A stretch of 64,000 nt of DNA, taken from positions 62,001-126,000 of IMG/VR virus record IMGVR_UViG_3300042541_001760. One strand, 5' to 3'. The notes beneath the pieces were generated by a model. It was not told the DNA's origin. It did no database searches and saw nothing but the letters and a program-made list of their open reading frames with translations. The position numbers were made by a program, and so were the translations under genes. Numbering within the stretch: the first letter of the stretch is position 1; each line of letters begins with the position of its first letter. This document shows positions 10,192-19,177 of the stretch, one piece after another.

Positions 10192-10533
10192 TTAATAAAG
10201 ATTAGTTATCCAGTTATATCTTGACTCAATCTTAGGTAAGTATCTATCTAATAAAAAATTATATATTTCATCAGACGGAAATTCGTCTTGACCCCAATTT
10301 GATAAATCTCCGTGATACTCGTCAATAATACCATTTATTATACGTCTTTTAAAATCATCAAATTCCATCCTATTACCATCTCTAAGTTCTCTTAAAAAAA
10401 TATCAGTAACGTAATTTAAATTATCTAGTATGTCACTATCTAATGAACTAATATCAACTCTTCTACGTAGAAAAGAAGATTCATTAATCCCCATCACTTC
10501 CTGTATCCTCTGTATATTTTCTTGTAGATTCAT
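10192..10533 (-). CDS. MNLQENI-leader family protein
   Basis: MNLQENIQRIQEVMGINE; body resembles 11977-12282 (RRxDIxxLD). Confidence 0.75.
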   Translation of the reverse strand: MNLQENIQRIQEVMGINESSFLRRRVDISSLDSDILDNLNYVTDIFLRELRDGNRMEFDDFKRRIINGIIDEYHGDLSNWGQDEFPSDEIYNFLLDRYLPKIESRYNWITNLY

Positions 10534-10548
10534 AACATATAAATATTA

Positions 10549-11262
10549 TCACACATTGATAATTTTCCATTTCCCTTTGAAGTCCTCAACCAAACAAGTT
10601 GAATTCTCGCAAAAGTCGCCTGAGTTCATATAATCATCGGTTAATTTTGGGTAATGGATATGTCCACATACGGTAACATCATACCCCTTTTCTTTTGTTA
10701 GTGATTTTGCGTTATCTTCAAAATCAGATACAAAATTAATTACACCTTTAACGCTTTGTTTTACCACATTAGCCAATGAATGGTATGGTAAATTAAACCA
10801 TCTCCTTATGTAGTTATATAGGGTGTTGAATCTAATAACAAAATCATACGACCACCCACCGATAACCGCCAACCATCTGGCTTCCATAATAACAAAATCC
10901 AATACATCCCCGTGATAACAATAATAACTACGACCATCGGCTCCGATATGGACATATTTTCTTACAATCTCTATATTATTTAATGTGAATGGTATGAACT
11001 CCTTTAGAAAGTCATCGTGATTTCCTCTAATATAAATTACCTTAGTTCCCTTCTCACTTCTTTTCATAAACTTACGAAATATCTTGGAGCAGTTGTTATT
11101 CCATTTTCCCCCACTTTTTAACGCCCATCCATCAATAATATCACCATTTAAAATTAATGTTTCAGATTCGTTCTCTTCCAAAAACTTTATAATTTTATTG
11201 GTTTGTGATTGTCTTGAACCAAGATGTAGATCACTCATTATTATCGTTCTCCACTTTTTCAT
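10549..11262 (-). CDS. LpxH-like metallophosphoesterase (UDP-2,3-diacylglucosamine hydrolase family)
   Basis: SDLHLG, GDIID, GNHD, HGD, GHIH motifs. Confidence 0.8.
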   Translation of the reverse strand: MKKWRTIIMSDLHLGSRQSQTNKIIKFLEENESETLILNGDIIDGWALKSGGKWNNNCSKIFRKFMKRSEKGTKVIYIRGNHDDFLKEFIPFTLNNIEIVRKYVHIGADGRSYYCYHGDVLDFVIMEARWLAVIGGWSYDFVIRFNTLYNYIRRWFNLPYHSLANVVKQSVKGVINFVSDFEDNAKSLTKEKGYDVTVCGHIHYPKLTDDYMNSGDFCENSTCLVEDFKGKWKIINV

Positions 11263-11975
11263 TTCCAATATCCTTTATCGTTTTTGAAGTATGATTTGTT
11301 ATTGTGGTTGAAGAATGAGTTAATCATTAATTTTATCATATACATAACACCTTTATTTTTAAATCTTCTTGGTGGTGTATATACTATATTATTTATTCTA
11401 CCGAACTTATTAGGTTTAATTTGTTTTGATAAAATATAATCCTCGGCGACTTTTACGTCCTCATCAAACCCCCCTATTAACTTAAATGTTTCGGATCTAA
11501 TCAACATAAAACCACCAAGACAAAATGGTGTAATCCATTTTGAAAGTGATTGTATTACATCAAATGACTTGTATATGTAATTGTATTCACCATTGTCAGT
11601 CCTGAACTTCGTGGTTACCAAATCTAAGTTATTTTTATGTATTTTTTTTATTGATTGTGTTAGTATTTTTGCATCCAATAGAAACACATCAGAATCCATA
11701 AATAATACATAGGGGGTTTTTACTATTTTGAATCCTTTATTTCTGGCTATCCCCGGTAATCCACCATCAATTATTATTAAATCAAATAGGTCTTTATTAT
11801 GTGTTAATCTATTAATTAATGATTCATAGGTAACCGAATCGTTTGATGAATCACAAACTATAACATTTACTCCGGTTACGTTCCTCTGATAATTTAATAA
11901 ATCTAATGTTTTTAAAATAACATCTTTTTCATTTTTACAAGGAATTACTATTGTGATTAAATTTTTTAAATCCAT
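11259..11975 (-). CDS. Glycosyltransferase family 2
   Basis: ITIVIPCKNE, ARNKG, FMDSD, GGFDE...AED; start moved to MDLKNL. Confidence 0.85.
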   Translation of the reverse strand: MDLKNLITIVIPCKNEKDVILKTLDLLNYQRNVTGVNVIVCDSSNDSVTYESLINRLTHNKDLFDLIIIDGGLPGIARNKGFKIVKTPYVLFMDSDVFLLDAKILTQSIKKIHKNNLDLVTTKFRTDNGEYNYIYKSFDVIQSLSKWITPFCLGGFMLIRSETFKLIGGFDEDVKVAEDYILSKQIKPNKFGRINNIVYTPPRRFKNKGVMYMIKLMINSFFNHNNKSYFKNDKGYWK

Positions 11976-11976
11976 A

Positions 11977-12282
11977 TTAATCAATTCCCAATTTTTCCTT
12001 AACATATTTAATCATAGGTTTTTCATACATTAAATATGAATCCCAATATTGTTGTTCCGTTCCTGTATCATTAATATCGCTAAAATTTTTTGTGGCTATG
12101 AATTGTCTTACCGTATCATAAATTGCGGTGCTCAAACTTTCACCCTCCTCTATTTGGTCTTTAATATCTTTAATCAGGTCATCTAGTTCGTCAATATCAA
12201 ATCTCCTCTTGAACCACGGACTAAGATTTTCATTAAGACCCATCATTTCCTGTATCCTTTGTATGTTTTCTTGTAGATTCAT
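11977..12282 (-). CDS. MNLQENI-leader family protein
   Basis: MNLQENIQRIQEMMGLNE. Confidence 0.75.
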   Translation of the reverse strand: MNLQENIQRIQEMMGLNENLSPWFKRRFDIDELDDLIKDIKDQIEEGESLSTAIYDTVRQFIATKNFSDINDTGTEQQYWDSYLMYEKPMIKYVKEKLGID

Positions 12283-12292
12283 ACGTTATAAC

Positions 12293-13147
12293 CTAAGCAA
12301 AATTATTTAATGATGAAGAATCATTATTTTTATTCATAGCAACAGTATTCATTAAATCAATAAAATTATTCATCTTTTCTTGGTTAGTTCCTTTTAAAGA
12401 TTTAAAAATGTCTTGATAATGTACGTTTTTTAATATAGTTGGATTTTTAATCATTTTATTATAATCATCTTTAGTAAATTGTTTTTTCCCCGCATCGTAT
12501 ATACCTTGTTGATTTAGTAAATACCTAATTGGTTGGATTCTATTAATAAATTCACTTGGGGTTGATTCATAATCAAAAACCTTATCACCGATTTTATAAT
12601 TGGGGTATTTTTTATCACCTCCTTGGGTATACTTATAAATTTTTTCTTTTGTTGATTGTGGTATTCTTGAACCTCCGTCATCAACCAGGTGACCAAATTC
12701 ATGAGCCGGTATAGTTTCATATCCGGTAACTGGATTCCAATTTTTTGGATTATACTCTTTTTCAAAATACACATGACCTTTCTTATCATAACCTTTTGCA
12801 TCAGGAGTCCATTTATTTTTTTTCCATTTTTTATCTAAATAATCATAATACTCACCCTCATAATTTTTAGGTATCATTAACCCTGATACATATCCCGGTT
12901 CTTTTGAGATAGCTCTTACGAAGTGTGTTTGGTCTTTAACATTATCCAAATTTTTTAATCTCTCTTTTCTTTCTTTTTCTATAAAATCTTGAGGTTTATT
13001 AGGAAATTCTTTTTTTAATCTTTCTAAGTACATTGTCGAATTTAAATATGATTTCCACCACTGTAGTTGTTTGTCGAATTCACTGGTGGTTTGCTCATTT
13101 AAGCCCATTACTTCTTTAATTCTTTGTATGTTTTCTTGTAGGTTCAT
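12293..13147 (-). CDS. MNLQENI-leader protein with zincin HExxH motif
   Basis: MNLQENIQRIKEVMGLNE; AHEFGH...PSE. Confidence 0.7.
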   Translation of the reverse strand: MNLQENIQRIKEVMGLNEQTTSEFDKQLQWWKSYLNSTMYLERLKKEFPNKPQDFIEKERKERLKNLDNVKDQTHFVRAISKEPGYVSGLMIPKNYEGEYYDYLDKKWKKNKWTPDAKGYDKKGHVYFEKEYNPKNWNPVTGYETIPAHEFGHLVDDGGSRIPQSTKEKIYKYTQGGDKKYPNYKIGDKVFDYESTPSEFINRIQPIRYLLNQQGIYDAGKKQFTKDDYNKMIKNPTILKNVHYQDIFKSLKGTNQEKMNNFIDLMNTVAMNKNNDSSSLNNFA

Positions 13148-13149
13148 AA

Positions 13150-13926
13150 CTATTTTTTAGGAGTTGGGATTTTAGTGTCTTTTATAAATTTTCCATACGC
13201 ATTTTTATATGACTTTTGCGTTTCATCATTTACGTTTTTGGTGTATTGCCAATTCCAATATAAATCTTTGTTTGGTTTGAATCCATAAAATTTATGAACT
13301 TCCTTTTGGGTTGCAGTTACATTCTCACCATTCCAATTCTGACCGACACAAATAAAACCTGTCTCAATATCTTTAATAATGTTTGATTCACCCAATGTTG
13401 TATGTCTATTTTCTAACCAATTCAATCTCTCAATTAAGTTTTGGTAATACATATTGGTCTGACCCCATCTTATAGAACTGAAAAATAAAACAACATCCGA
13501 TTCAAATAACTCTTTGGATATCTTCCATAATTCGTCTGAGGGTTCATTTATATTAACCCAACATCTATGATCACCTGACGGGTTTTTATCTTTGTCTTTA
13601 AGTTTGGCTTTTAATAATCCACAAGAGTTTCCGTCTTTTCTTGATACATTACCTTCACAGGGTAAAATTTTAAGTTCTGGTACATCTATCAATACTGACT
13701 TATCACCTAATTGGTCTTTTAAATACATCGCAATCATTTTTGATTTTGGTATATCAATATTCTTATCATCCCAATTATATCTGTTTGAGCAACTTAATAA
13801 TAAAACTTTTTTTTTCTTTTTTAGAATATCTAATGTTTTCTCAATTGATTTCCATGCGTCCGATTGAACCATTTCTTCCGAAATCATCATCTCTCTTATT
13901 CTATCTATATTTTCTTGTAGGTTCAT
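13150..13926 (-). CDS. MNLQENI-leader protein with flavodoxin-like (FMN reductase / Fe-S flavoprotein) domain
   Basis: LSCSNR, PCEGNVS..C..C, SDVVLFFSSIRWGQ...LIERL. Confidence 0.7.
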   Translation of the reverse strand: MNLQENIDRIREMMISEEMVQSDAWKSIEKTLDILKKKKKVLLLSCSNRYNWDDKNIDIPKSKMIAMYLKDQLGDKSVLIDVPELKILPCEGNVSRKDGNSCGLLKAKLKDKDKNPSGDHRCWVNINEPSDELWKISKELFESDVVLFFSSIRWGQTNMYYQNLIERLNWLENRHTTLGESNIIKDIETGFICVGQNWNGENVTATQKEVHKFYGFKPNKDLYWNWQYTKNVNDETQKSYKNAYGKFIKDTKIPTPKK

Positions 13927-14444
13927 TTCTTTGTCTTTTTTACGCAGTTAGGGTATCTTTTACCAAACATTGTCTTCATTCCTTTTTGGGTGTATCCTGC
14001 CCAACATTTCTCTGTGAGTTCCCCTTCTTTCATTTCAGACATTTCATCAATTTCCTCCGAATAATCCTCATTCTTTAAACAATGATATTCGTCACCAACA
14101 TTTTGGAATAATTTACCTTTAAATTTGTCCGCATATTTCTCATTTAGATATTCTATTAGTAAATTATTAAATTCATCCAAATTTAATAATACCGAATCTG
14201 AGTAAGCCCTAAGTTTCCTATAAGGACCGCACTCTGTTACCCATAAAACACCCCAATCATTTCTATGGAATACGTCTTTATCTTTTTTATTATACCATTT
14301 ACCATATACGTAATTCTTATCACCATATTCAACTTTTAAATCTAATTCGTTAAATACTCTATCAAAGCGACTAAACAGAAAACTTCTAATTTTTTCTTCT
14401 TTGGTTTCCCTCAATACTCTTCTTATGGTTTCTTGTAGATTCAT
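13923..14444 (-). CDS. MNLQE-leader protein with C-terminal CWxGY...PNCV motif
   Basis: Start moved to MNLQETIRRVLRE; C-terminus KCWAGYTQKGMKTMFGKRYPNCVK. Confidence 0.7.
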   Translation of the reverse strand: MNLQETIRRVLRETKEEKIRSFLFSRFDRVFNELDLKVEYGDKNYVYGKWYNKKDKDVFHRNDWGVLWVTECGPYRKLRAYSDSVLLNLDEFNNLLIEYLNEKYADKFKGKLFQNVGDEYHCLKNEDYSEEIDEMSEMKEGELTEKCWAGYTQKGMKTMFGKRYPNCVKKTKK

Positions 14445-14564
14445 ATGTAATAAATATAACATAAACAAAAAAAGGTCGTCACAGGGACAACCTTTAAGGG
14501 TATTGGTTTTGGTGAATTGGATTTTTTTGTTTTCTATTAGTATTTATATGTTATATTTAATTTT

Positions 14565-16019
14565 ATGAAAATATTAGTATCGGAAAGTCAATACAAAAGA
14601 TTAGTTGAGAGTTTATTAGATGAATCCATTTTAATTATAGGTGATAGTCATAGCGTAGATGCAGGATTCACTTACTCAAGTTTATTAAAGAAAAAATTTT
14701 CGGATGTAAAAATATCAGCATCGGTTGGCCAAGGAACATCTTGGATGAAATCAGAATTAGCTAGAGAGTTAACCAAAAAACATTACGATAAAGTTATAAT
14801 TTGGGGTGGGAACAACGATATTGGTTCAACCTCCTCTATATCTGGAGCAATATCAAACATACAACAAATGGTTAATATGGTTAACTCACAAGACGGTCAA
14901 TCATATGTAATCATTGGTTTTGACCAAGAAGTTTTTACCAAAAAAGTAAAAAATAAAATGAGAGAAAGATATATAGATTTGCAAAAACAGTTATCTAGTG
15001 AGATAAGTAATGCCGTAATAATTCCTGCCTTTGATATTGATAACTCTTACACATCAGATAATGTACACGGAAATAAGAGTGCTCACGAAAAAGTTTTTAG
15101 AACCGTTACGGAGTATCTACAAAAAACAACACAAAAAGAAAAACAAAAAGATGAAAGTAAAAATTCTGAAACGTTAATGTCAAGATTAGAAGATTATTTG
15201 GATTCTGGTTTAGAATTAGTTGCAAGAAAACGAGGTTCAATGGTTTATGAAAAAGAAGTTGAGGATATACAAACCGCTCTCCAATTTTTAGGGTTTTCTT
15301 TACCTAAGTGGGGTGTAGATGGAAAATTTGGGCCAGAAACAAAAAAAGCAACTGAAAACTTCCAAGAAGAAAATGATTTGGAAGTGACAGGAATTTTTTC
15401 AATCAAAGATTTTGAAAAACTTATTGATGTTTTGGAATCAAAGGGTGTTACTGATGAAGATTTCATGAATGTTCAGAAAAACAAAACAGAAGAGTTATCA
15501 TCAGATTTTGAATCGACGGATTTTGAAACAATTGAAAATTCTGGAATTCAAGTTAGTAAATACCCAAATGATATCGAAAATAGATTACAGGATATTTTAG
15601 GTAAAGAAAAATTCAATATATTTGTTTCCAAGTGTCGAGGAATTGGGTTAGACCCTTTGATTGCAATTAGACAACTTTATACAGAATCTGTCGGTTTTAG
15701 TCCTGACGTTTTGACTTGTAAAAGAAAATCACCTGCGGGAGCCATGGGAATTGCTCAATTTATGCCGGGTACTTGGCCAAGTTATGGTAAAGGTAGTCCA
15801 TGCAATGTCGATGACGCATTGGACGCTTATATTAGGTTTATGGATTATTTACTAAAAAGATATGAAGGTCGAGTAGATCTGGCAGTTGCGTCATATAATA
15901 GTGGTCCAAACTTAAATATATATAAGAAAACATATAACTCAAATACACCTTTCGCATCACTTAAAGGTAAAATACCAGGAGAAACATATAAATACGCATC
16001 CACAATTCTACAAGCATAA
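14565..16019 (+). CDS. SGNH/GDSL esterase + PG-binding + lytic transglycosylase (SLT) protein
   Basis: IIGDSHS, GGNND, DNVH (SGNH); GVDGKFGPET; ES...GAMGIAQFMPGTW...YNSG (SLT). Confidence 0.85.
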   Translation: MKILVSESQYKRLVESLLDESILIIGDSHSVDAGFTYSSLLKKKFSDVKISASVGQGTSWMKSELARELTKKHYDKVIIWGGNNDIGSTSSISGAISNIQQMVNMVNSQDGQSYVIIGFDQEVFTKKVKNKMRERYIDLQKQLSSEISNAVIIPAFDIDNSYTSDNVHGNKSAHEKVFRTVTEYLQKTTQKEKQKDESKNSETLMSRLEDYLDSGLELVARKRGSMVYEKEVEDIQTALQFLGFSLPKWGVDGKFGPETKKATENFQEENDLEVTGIFSIKDFEKLIDVLESKGVTDEDFMNVQKNKTEELSSDFESTDFETIENSGIQVSKYPNDIENRLQDILGKEKFNIFVSKCRGIGLDPLIAIRQLYTESVGFSPDVLTCKRKSPAGAMGIAQFMPGTWPSYGKGSPCNVDDALDAYIRFMDYLLKRYEGRVDLAVASYNSGPNLNIYKKTYNSNTPFASLKGKIPGETYKYASTILQA

Positions 16020-16390
16020 AAAAAGGGTTATCACCGAAGTAACAACCCTTTAAGGCTATTGGTTTTGGTGGATGGGTTTCCAATAAACCCAAGTGTAATG
16101 TTAGTGACACATCACTCTCGATACGTTCGACCACGAGACGGATATTTTAATCGGTTAACTAAAACCAATGATTCTGTCCTTTTTGTTAACTCTAAAGGAC
16201 AACGTGAGTAACATATCATCTCACGTATTAAAGAGTAACGATTTTTTTGTTTTACGGGTATGGGGTGTAAAACTATTTAAACCATCGAAAAAAATAAAAG
16301 ACCCCACAGAATAAATTTATTTAATCTTTTAATTTAACCTCCTAAAGAGACGGCTTTATTCTATATTCCGTCAAAAAAACGAGTCACTTG

Positions 16391-16465
16391 TTGCGGGAGC
16401 AGGAATCGAACCTGCGTGGTTGAGCTTATGAGACTCAGCTGGATCCGTCTCCAGTCTACCCCGCC
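16391..16465 (-). tRNA. tRNA-Met (CAT), initiator-like 1:72 mismatch
   Basis: GGCGGGG/TCCCGCA acceptor, TGAGT-CTCATAA-GCTCA anticodon arm, GCAGG-TTCGATT-CCTGC. Confidence 0.85.
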
Positions 16466-16466
16466 T

Positions 16467-17300
16467 TGGCTTACGTTGAGATTACACGTTTTAGTAGAAA
16501 TCTTTGATGGGATTATTGTTTCCCCACGTATCCACCATCTTTTGAATGGTAATTTCCAGTGATGGTCTTTTAGGTGTACCACTCCTTGAATTTCTAACTA
16601 CTCTCCTACTAATCCGTTCTCTTCAAACTTGCGGTCTGATTAGGTCTTCGACAACCTAGAGATTTTTCATAAGAATACATTCTGACTTGCGGTCTTCGTG
16701 TGCAATGGACATCCCATTACTATGTAATCACCTTTCGTTAGAAACTGATAGACACTTTTGCTTTCTTTTTAAATTTTTAGTAAAAAAATCGAGTTATGTG
16801 TTGTGGATGTATCAAAGTAGTGGTCTACCGTAAGCTTCGTCGTCTTTTGAACAACAAAATACTAAACTACTTCGTGAAGTGTCCCCACCTCCATACTTTA
16901 AGATAACTTCGTAACAAGATTTTGGTAAATCTTTGATAAGGACAGTAGCGACACCACTCGTTCTCTATCTTACCTTTCGGTTTTAAGTTATCTTTCATAT
17001 TGGAACACGCAATTGTATCGTTGGAGCGATAGTTCTCGCAATATTCCTATGGGTTATTCTTATTGGTGTTCCCACCTCAACTTGACAATCCACATTGCCT
17101 TGTCACCCAACCACTTTCTCTAAAGCGTCGCCCTCAATACTGAAGGTCAGGTGATATCCCACTTGTGTACTCAAGTTCAGTTACCTGAACCGCAAACTCA
17201 CTTACACTTGTGAATCCACTTTATCCTACTTTCGTAGTTTATTTAACGACCATACACGGCCGACTATCTTTATGTTTTACCGAAATAAAACAATGGATAA
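16467..17300 (-). ncRNA. Large structured ncRNA, GOLLD-like (~830 nt)
   Basis: No credible ORF, GC-richer, many minus-strand tetraloop hairpins (CTAC-GAAA-GTAG, GTTCAG-GTAA-CTGAAC, ACC-GAAA-GGT, GAC-CGCAA-GTC), abuts tRNA; size and phage/tRNA context match GOLLD; ends approximate. Confidence 0.7.
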
Positions 17301-17427
17301 TATTTTTTATGTCAAAGAACAATAATCATTTTTACTAATTAGAACTATGCTACTGACGGCTTAATTAGGGGTTCTCACCGCTCTAAAATGTCAGGTTCAC
17401 ACCAGACCTCCTTTTCTAATTGTTTGA

Positions 17428-17662
17428 CAAAGGTAGTAAATAAATTTCATTTGTCAAGCAATTTTTTAATTTTTTTTCGTCACCCCCACCCTATTAAACC
17501 TAAACTTTATAACTTAAATACTGATAGGGTGGGGTAACTCTCAAATCTTTTACAAATGTAGGAAGAATTTTCGTTACTTCCAAATTTATTTTATGATTTT
17601 TTATGATATTTTTAAAGAACTGATTTGAATCAAATGTCTGTCTCAAATCCTCTACAAATGTA
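17428..17662 (-). promoter_or_regulatory. Three tandem Bacteroidota-type promoters driving the ncRNA/tRNA unit
   Basis: TACATTTG (17662-17655), TACATTTG (17560-17553), TACCTTTG (17435-17428); boxA-like GTTCTTT at 17620 and 17320. Confidence 0.65.
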
Positions 17663-17775
17663 GTAATAAGTTTTTGAATTACCAAACCATAACCGGAAAT
17701 TATTTTTAGAATTGACTTTATGGTTTATTACATCTATATTCTGGTACGTTAATAAACCATTAAAACTAATTAAAA

Positions 17776-17958
17776 ATGAAAAATGTATTTTATGTATTTG
17801 CTTTAGCATCTTCTCTATTCTTCTCTTCTTGTGGTGGATCCACAGAAGAACAACCTGTAGCATCTGATTCAACGATGGTTGATTCTTGCTCAGTTGACAC
17901 TTGTAAAGTTGATACTTGTAAGGTAGGTAGTGTTAAAGTGGATACTATTAAAAAGTAA
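17776..17958 (+). CDS. Small lipoprotein with D-S/T repeats
   Basis: Signal peptide ending LFFSS-C; DSTMVDSCSVDTCKVDTCKV. Confidence 0.7.
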   Translation: MKNVFYVFALASSLFFSSCGGSTEEQPVASDSTMVDSCSVDTCKVDTCKVGSVKVDTIKK

Positions 17959-18046
17959 CCATATACTATCTAAGAGATTAGCCCTGTTCTTTTTAAGGAT
18001 GGGGTTTTTTATTTACATAATGTAGTATTTATTTAAAACACGAATT

Positions 18047-18790
18047 ATGAATTTAATAAGAATAGCGCAAAAACTAAGTAGGTTCTTTACTCGCCAAAAC
18101 AGAGCGAGTGATGTTTTAAGTGAATTAATAAGAGACAAAAAACATAGGGAATTTTTTAATGCGGTAAAACCTTTAGATGGGATTAAATTAGCATTCCTTA
18201 TAAATGGTGTTAATAAGGGGTTAGATTTAGAATCAATGTTAGTAGAGATTGAAAATAACCTAATTTCATTCACAGTAGTGGAGTTTGAAGATGTCGCATC
18301 AATGGTTACTTGTAATGAGTGTAATGGTAATGAGACGATTAGTTGCGATTATTGTGGTGGTGATGGTTATATTAGCAGTGATGATGATGATGAAGACGAT
18401 GAAGAGTGTGACCATTGTGGTGGTGACGGATATGAACTATGTGACCATTGCGATGGAAACGGAGAAATTGAGGATGATACAACAACCGATTATACAATTT
18501 CAACTTATGTCACTTTTGATAGTAAATTAAGTGAGGACGCTGAATTACTTTATAGTGATGATATGGAAGTAACTAAAGACACGTTAAACCTTAATTTTAT
18601 GAACCCAAAATTAATTTATTTGGGTATGGAGCGACGTAGTGGTGAAAACGATAATATAGATGAAGATTATTGGGGTAATTCTTATGTCAATGACATTGAC
18701 CGTGAAAACGACCCCAATACCTATTTTAGATCTAACTCAATAACAATTAATAGAAATATTTCTAATTTATCTCACACATTTAGAGGTTAG
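18047..18790 (+). CDS. Protein with DnaJ-type CxxCxGxG zinc-finger repeats
   Basis: CNECNGN, CDYCGGDG, CDHCGGDG, CDHCDGNG. Confidence 0.75.
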   Translation: MNLIRIAQKLSRFFTRQNRASDVLSELIRDKKHREFFNAVKPLDGIKLAFLINGVNKGLDLESMLVEIENNLISFTVVEFEDVASMVTCNECNGNETISCDYCGGDGYISSDDDDEDDEECDHCGGDGYELCDHCDGNGEIEDDTTTDYTISTYVTFDSKLSEDAELLYSDDMEVTKDTLNLNFMNPKLIYLGMERRSGENDNIDEDYWGNSYVNDIDRENDPNTYFRSNSITINRNISNLSHTFRG

Positions 18791-19119
18791 AATTTATTTC
18801 TATGAATATCATTCTCAAGTCTAAGTCGGTCATTTTCTTTCTGAAGATAATCAACTTGGATGTGTAGTTTAGCAACCTCAGCGGTTAGTTCCGTAATTGT
18901 AATTCTCATTAACTCCTTATCTTTTGAGGACTCCTCCAACAAAGTTTCTAACTTAACAACTCTTTCTCTAAGATCGTCGCGATACATCATATCATCTCTA
19001 TGACCTATCATTTCCTTCTTAGTTTGTATTGCTAATTTTCTCTCCCAGAATTTCCATGCCGCGGTAGAGGTTAGTACAGTGATAAGTGTTATTACGATTG
19101 TATATACCTGTTGTTCCAT
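18787..19119 (-). CDS. N-terminal TM + coiled-coil protein (possible lysis accessory)
   Basis: Hydrophobic N-terminus followed by heptad repeats. Confidence 0.6.
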   Translation of the reverse strand: MEQQVYTIVITLITVLTSTAAWKFWERKLAIQTKKEMIGHRDDMMYRDDLRERVVKLETLLEESSKDKELMRITITELTAEVAKLHIQVDYLQKENDRLRLENDIHRNKF

Positions 19120-19177
19120 AGCTATTTACTTTTACAAATAAATATCTACAATTACTCGTTTTTTTTAGTTTTGTAAG

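Noticed and set aside
16361-16582. 73-aa ORF
   Set aside because: Overlaps tRNA-Met and the large ncRNA on the same strand.
16020-17300. RNase P RNA, rRNA fragment or group I/II intron
   Set aside because: No GAGGAAAGTCC RNase P core, no recognisable rRNA segments, and no interrupted host gene or domain V motif seen.
17500-17872. Minus-strand ORFs of 61 and 80 aa
   Set aside because: They overlap the tandem promoters and lie antisense to the lipoprotein gene.
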